Below, in pieces: positions 36,693 to 37,131 of a stretch of 37,131 bases of DNA. The stretch comes from Octopus bimaculoides (Eukaryota). The notes below the pieces were generated by a model that was not told the origin of the DNA, ran no database searches, and was given only the letters and a program-made list of their open reading frames with translations. A program made the position numbers and the translations under genes. The stretch lies in contig NC_069001.1 in the NCBI RefSeq assembly GCF_001194135.2, forward strand, positions 29,675,223 to 29,712,353, given 5' to 3'. The number at the start of each line of letters is the position of its first letter. The stretch's first letter is position 1.

Positions 36693-37131
36693 ATAATAGG
36701 TGCGTGTGTGTGTGTTTGTGTGTGGTGTATGCCTCTATATGTGCATGTAGGTGTGTGTATGTATGTGTAAGTTTATTTATATATGTGTGTAGAAATACGT
36801 ATTCGTGTGTTCGTGTGTTTCTGTTAGTCAGTCTATCTATCTGTATATGTTTGCTTGTGCGTTATATATATGTTACTATATAACAGTATAATGTTTGATA
36901 TGTGGTGTATATATTTGCGTGTTTCCCATGTGCATAAGTGACCGTGCGCCTTTCATCTTTCGTACAATATATCTTCATAATAAAATGCAATCAGCGAAGC
37001 AATACAATAATCTTCTTTGCATCTTTTCATGATATAAATCCACACACACATAGACACACACACACATACAAGCACACACAAACGCATACGCACACACATC
37101 CATGCACAATCTAATTTATATATGCATATAT

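Noticed and set aside
956-36883. Long ORFs in the supplied track containing X-runs or YI/HT/CV/E/F/R homopolymers
   Set aside because: They only read through N-gaps (1031-1933, 3919-3930, 8736-8793, 11021-11439, 13828-14162, 15374-15759, 17811-18411, 25439-25900, 26578-27005, 30530-30642, 32446-32676, 35999-36653) or di/trinucleotide repeats.

Overview
AT-rich, microsatellite-saturated animal genomic DNA from a draft assembly with 12 N-gaps, most of them next to (TA)n. The tRNA-derived SINEs and the mariner-like remnant match repeat families I recall from Octopus; this attribution is by recognition, not by database search. There is no prokaryotic operon, rRNA, CRISPR array or intact long ORF. 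The supplied ORF track is mostly artefact from N-runs and simple repeats. Manual reading found: (1) a probable minus-strand, multi-exon protein-coding gene of unknown identity, whose best-supported exons (22268-22330, 14519-14552, 13421-13578, 12223-12274) have canonical splice sites, join in phase and give a Cys/Trp/Tyr-rich peptide, with weaker candidate exons from 3.6 to 34.8 kb; (2) many SINE copies or fragments from several families; (3) an internally deleted Tc1/mariner transposase relic and a second mariner end; (4) a MITE-like long inverted repeat at 2.1-2.5 kb; (5) the most unusual item, a 200-bp hairpin at 18412-18611 whose loop looks like a tRNA D-loop and whose arms both carry a tRNA-like anticodon/T-arm with a B-box, plus a diverged relative at 20601-20741 that has terminal inverted repeats. 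All exon calls are by eye and need RNA-seq or homology confirmation.
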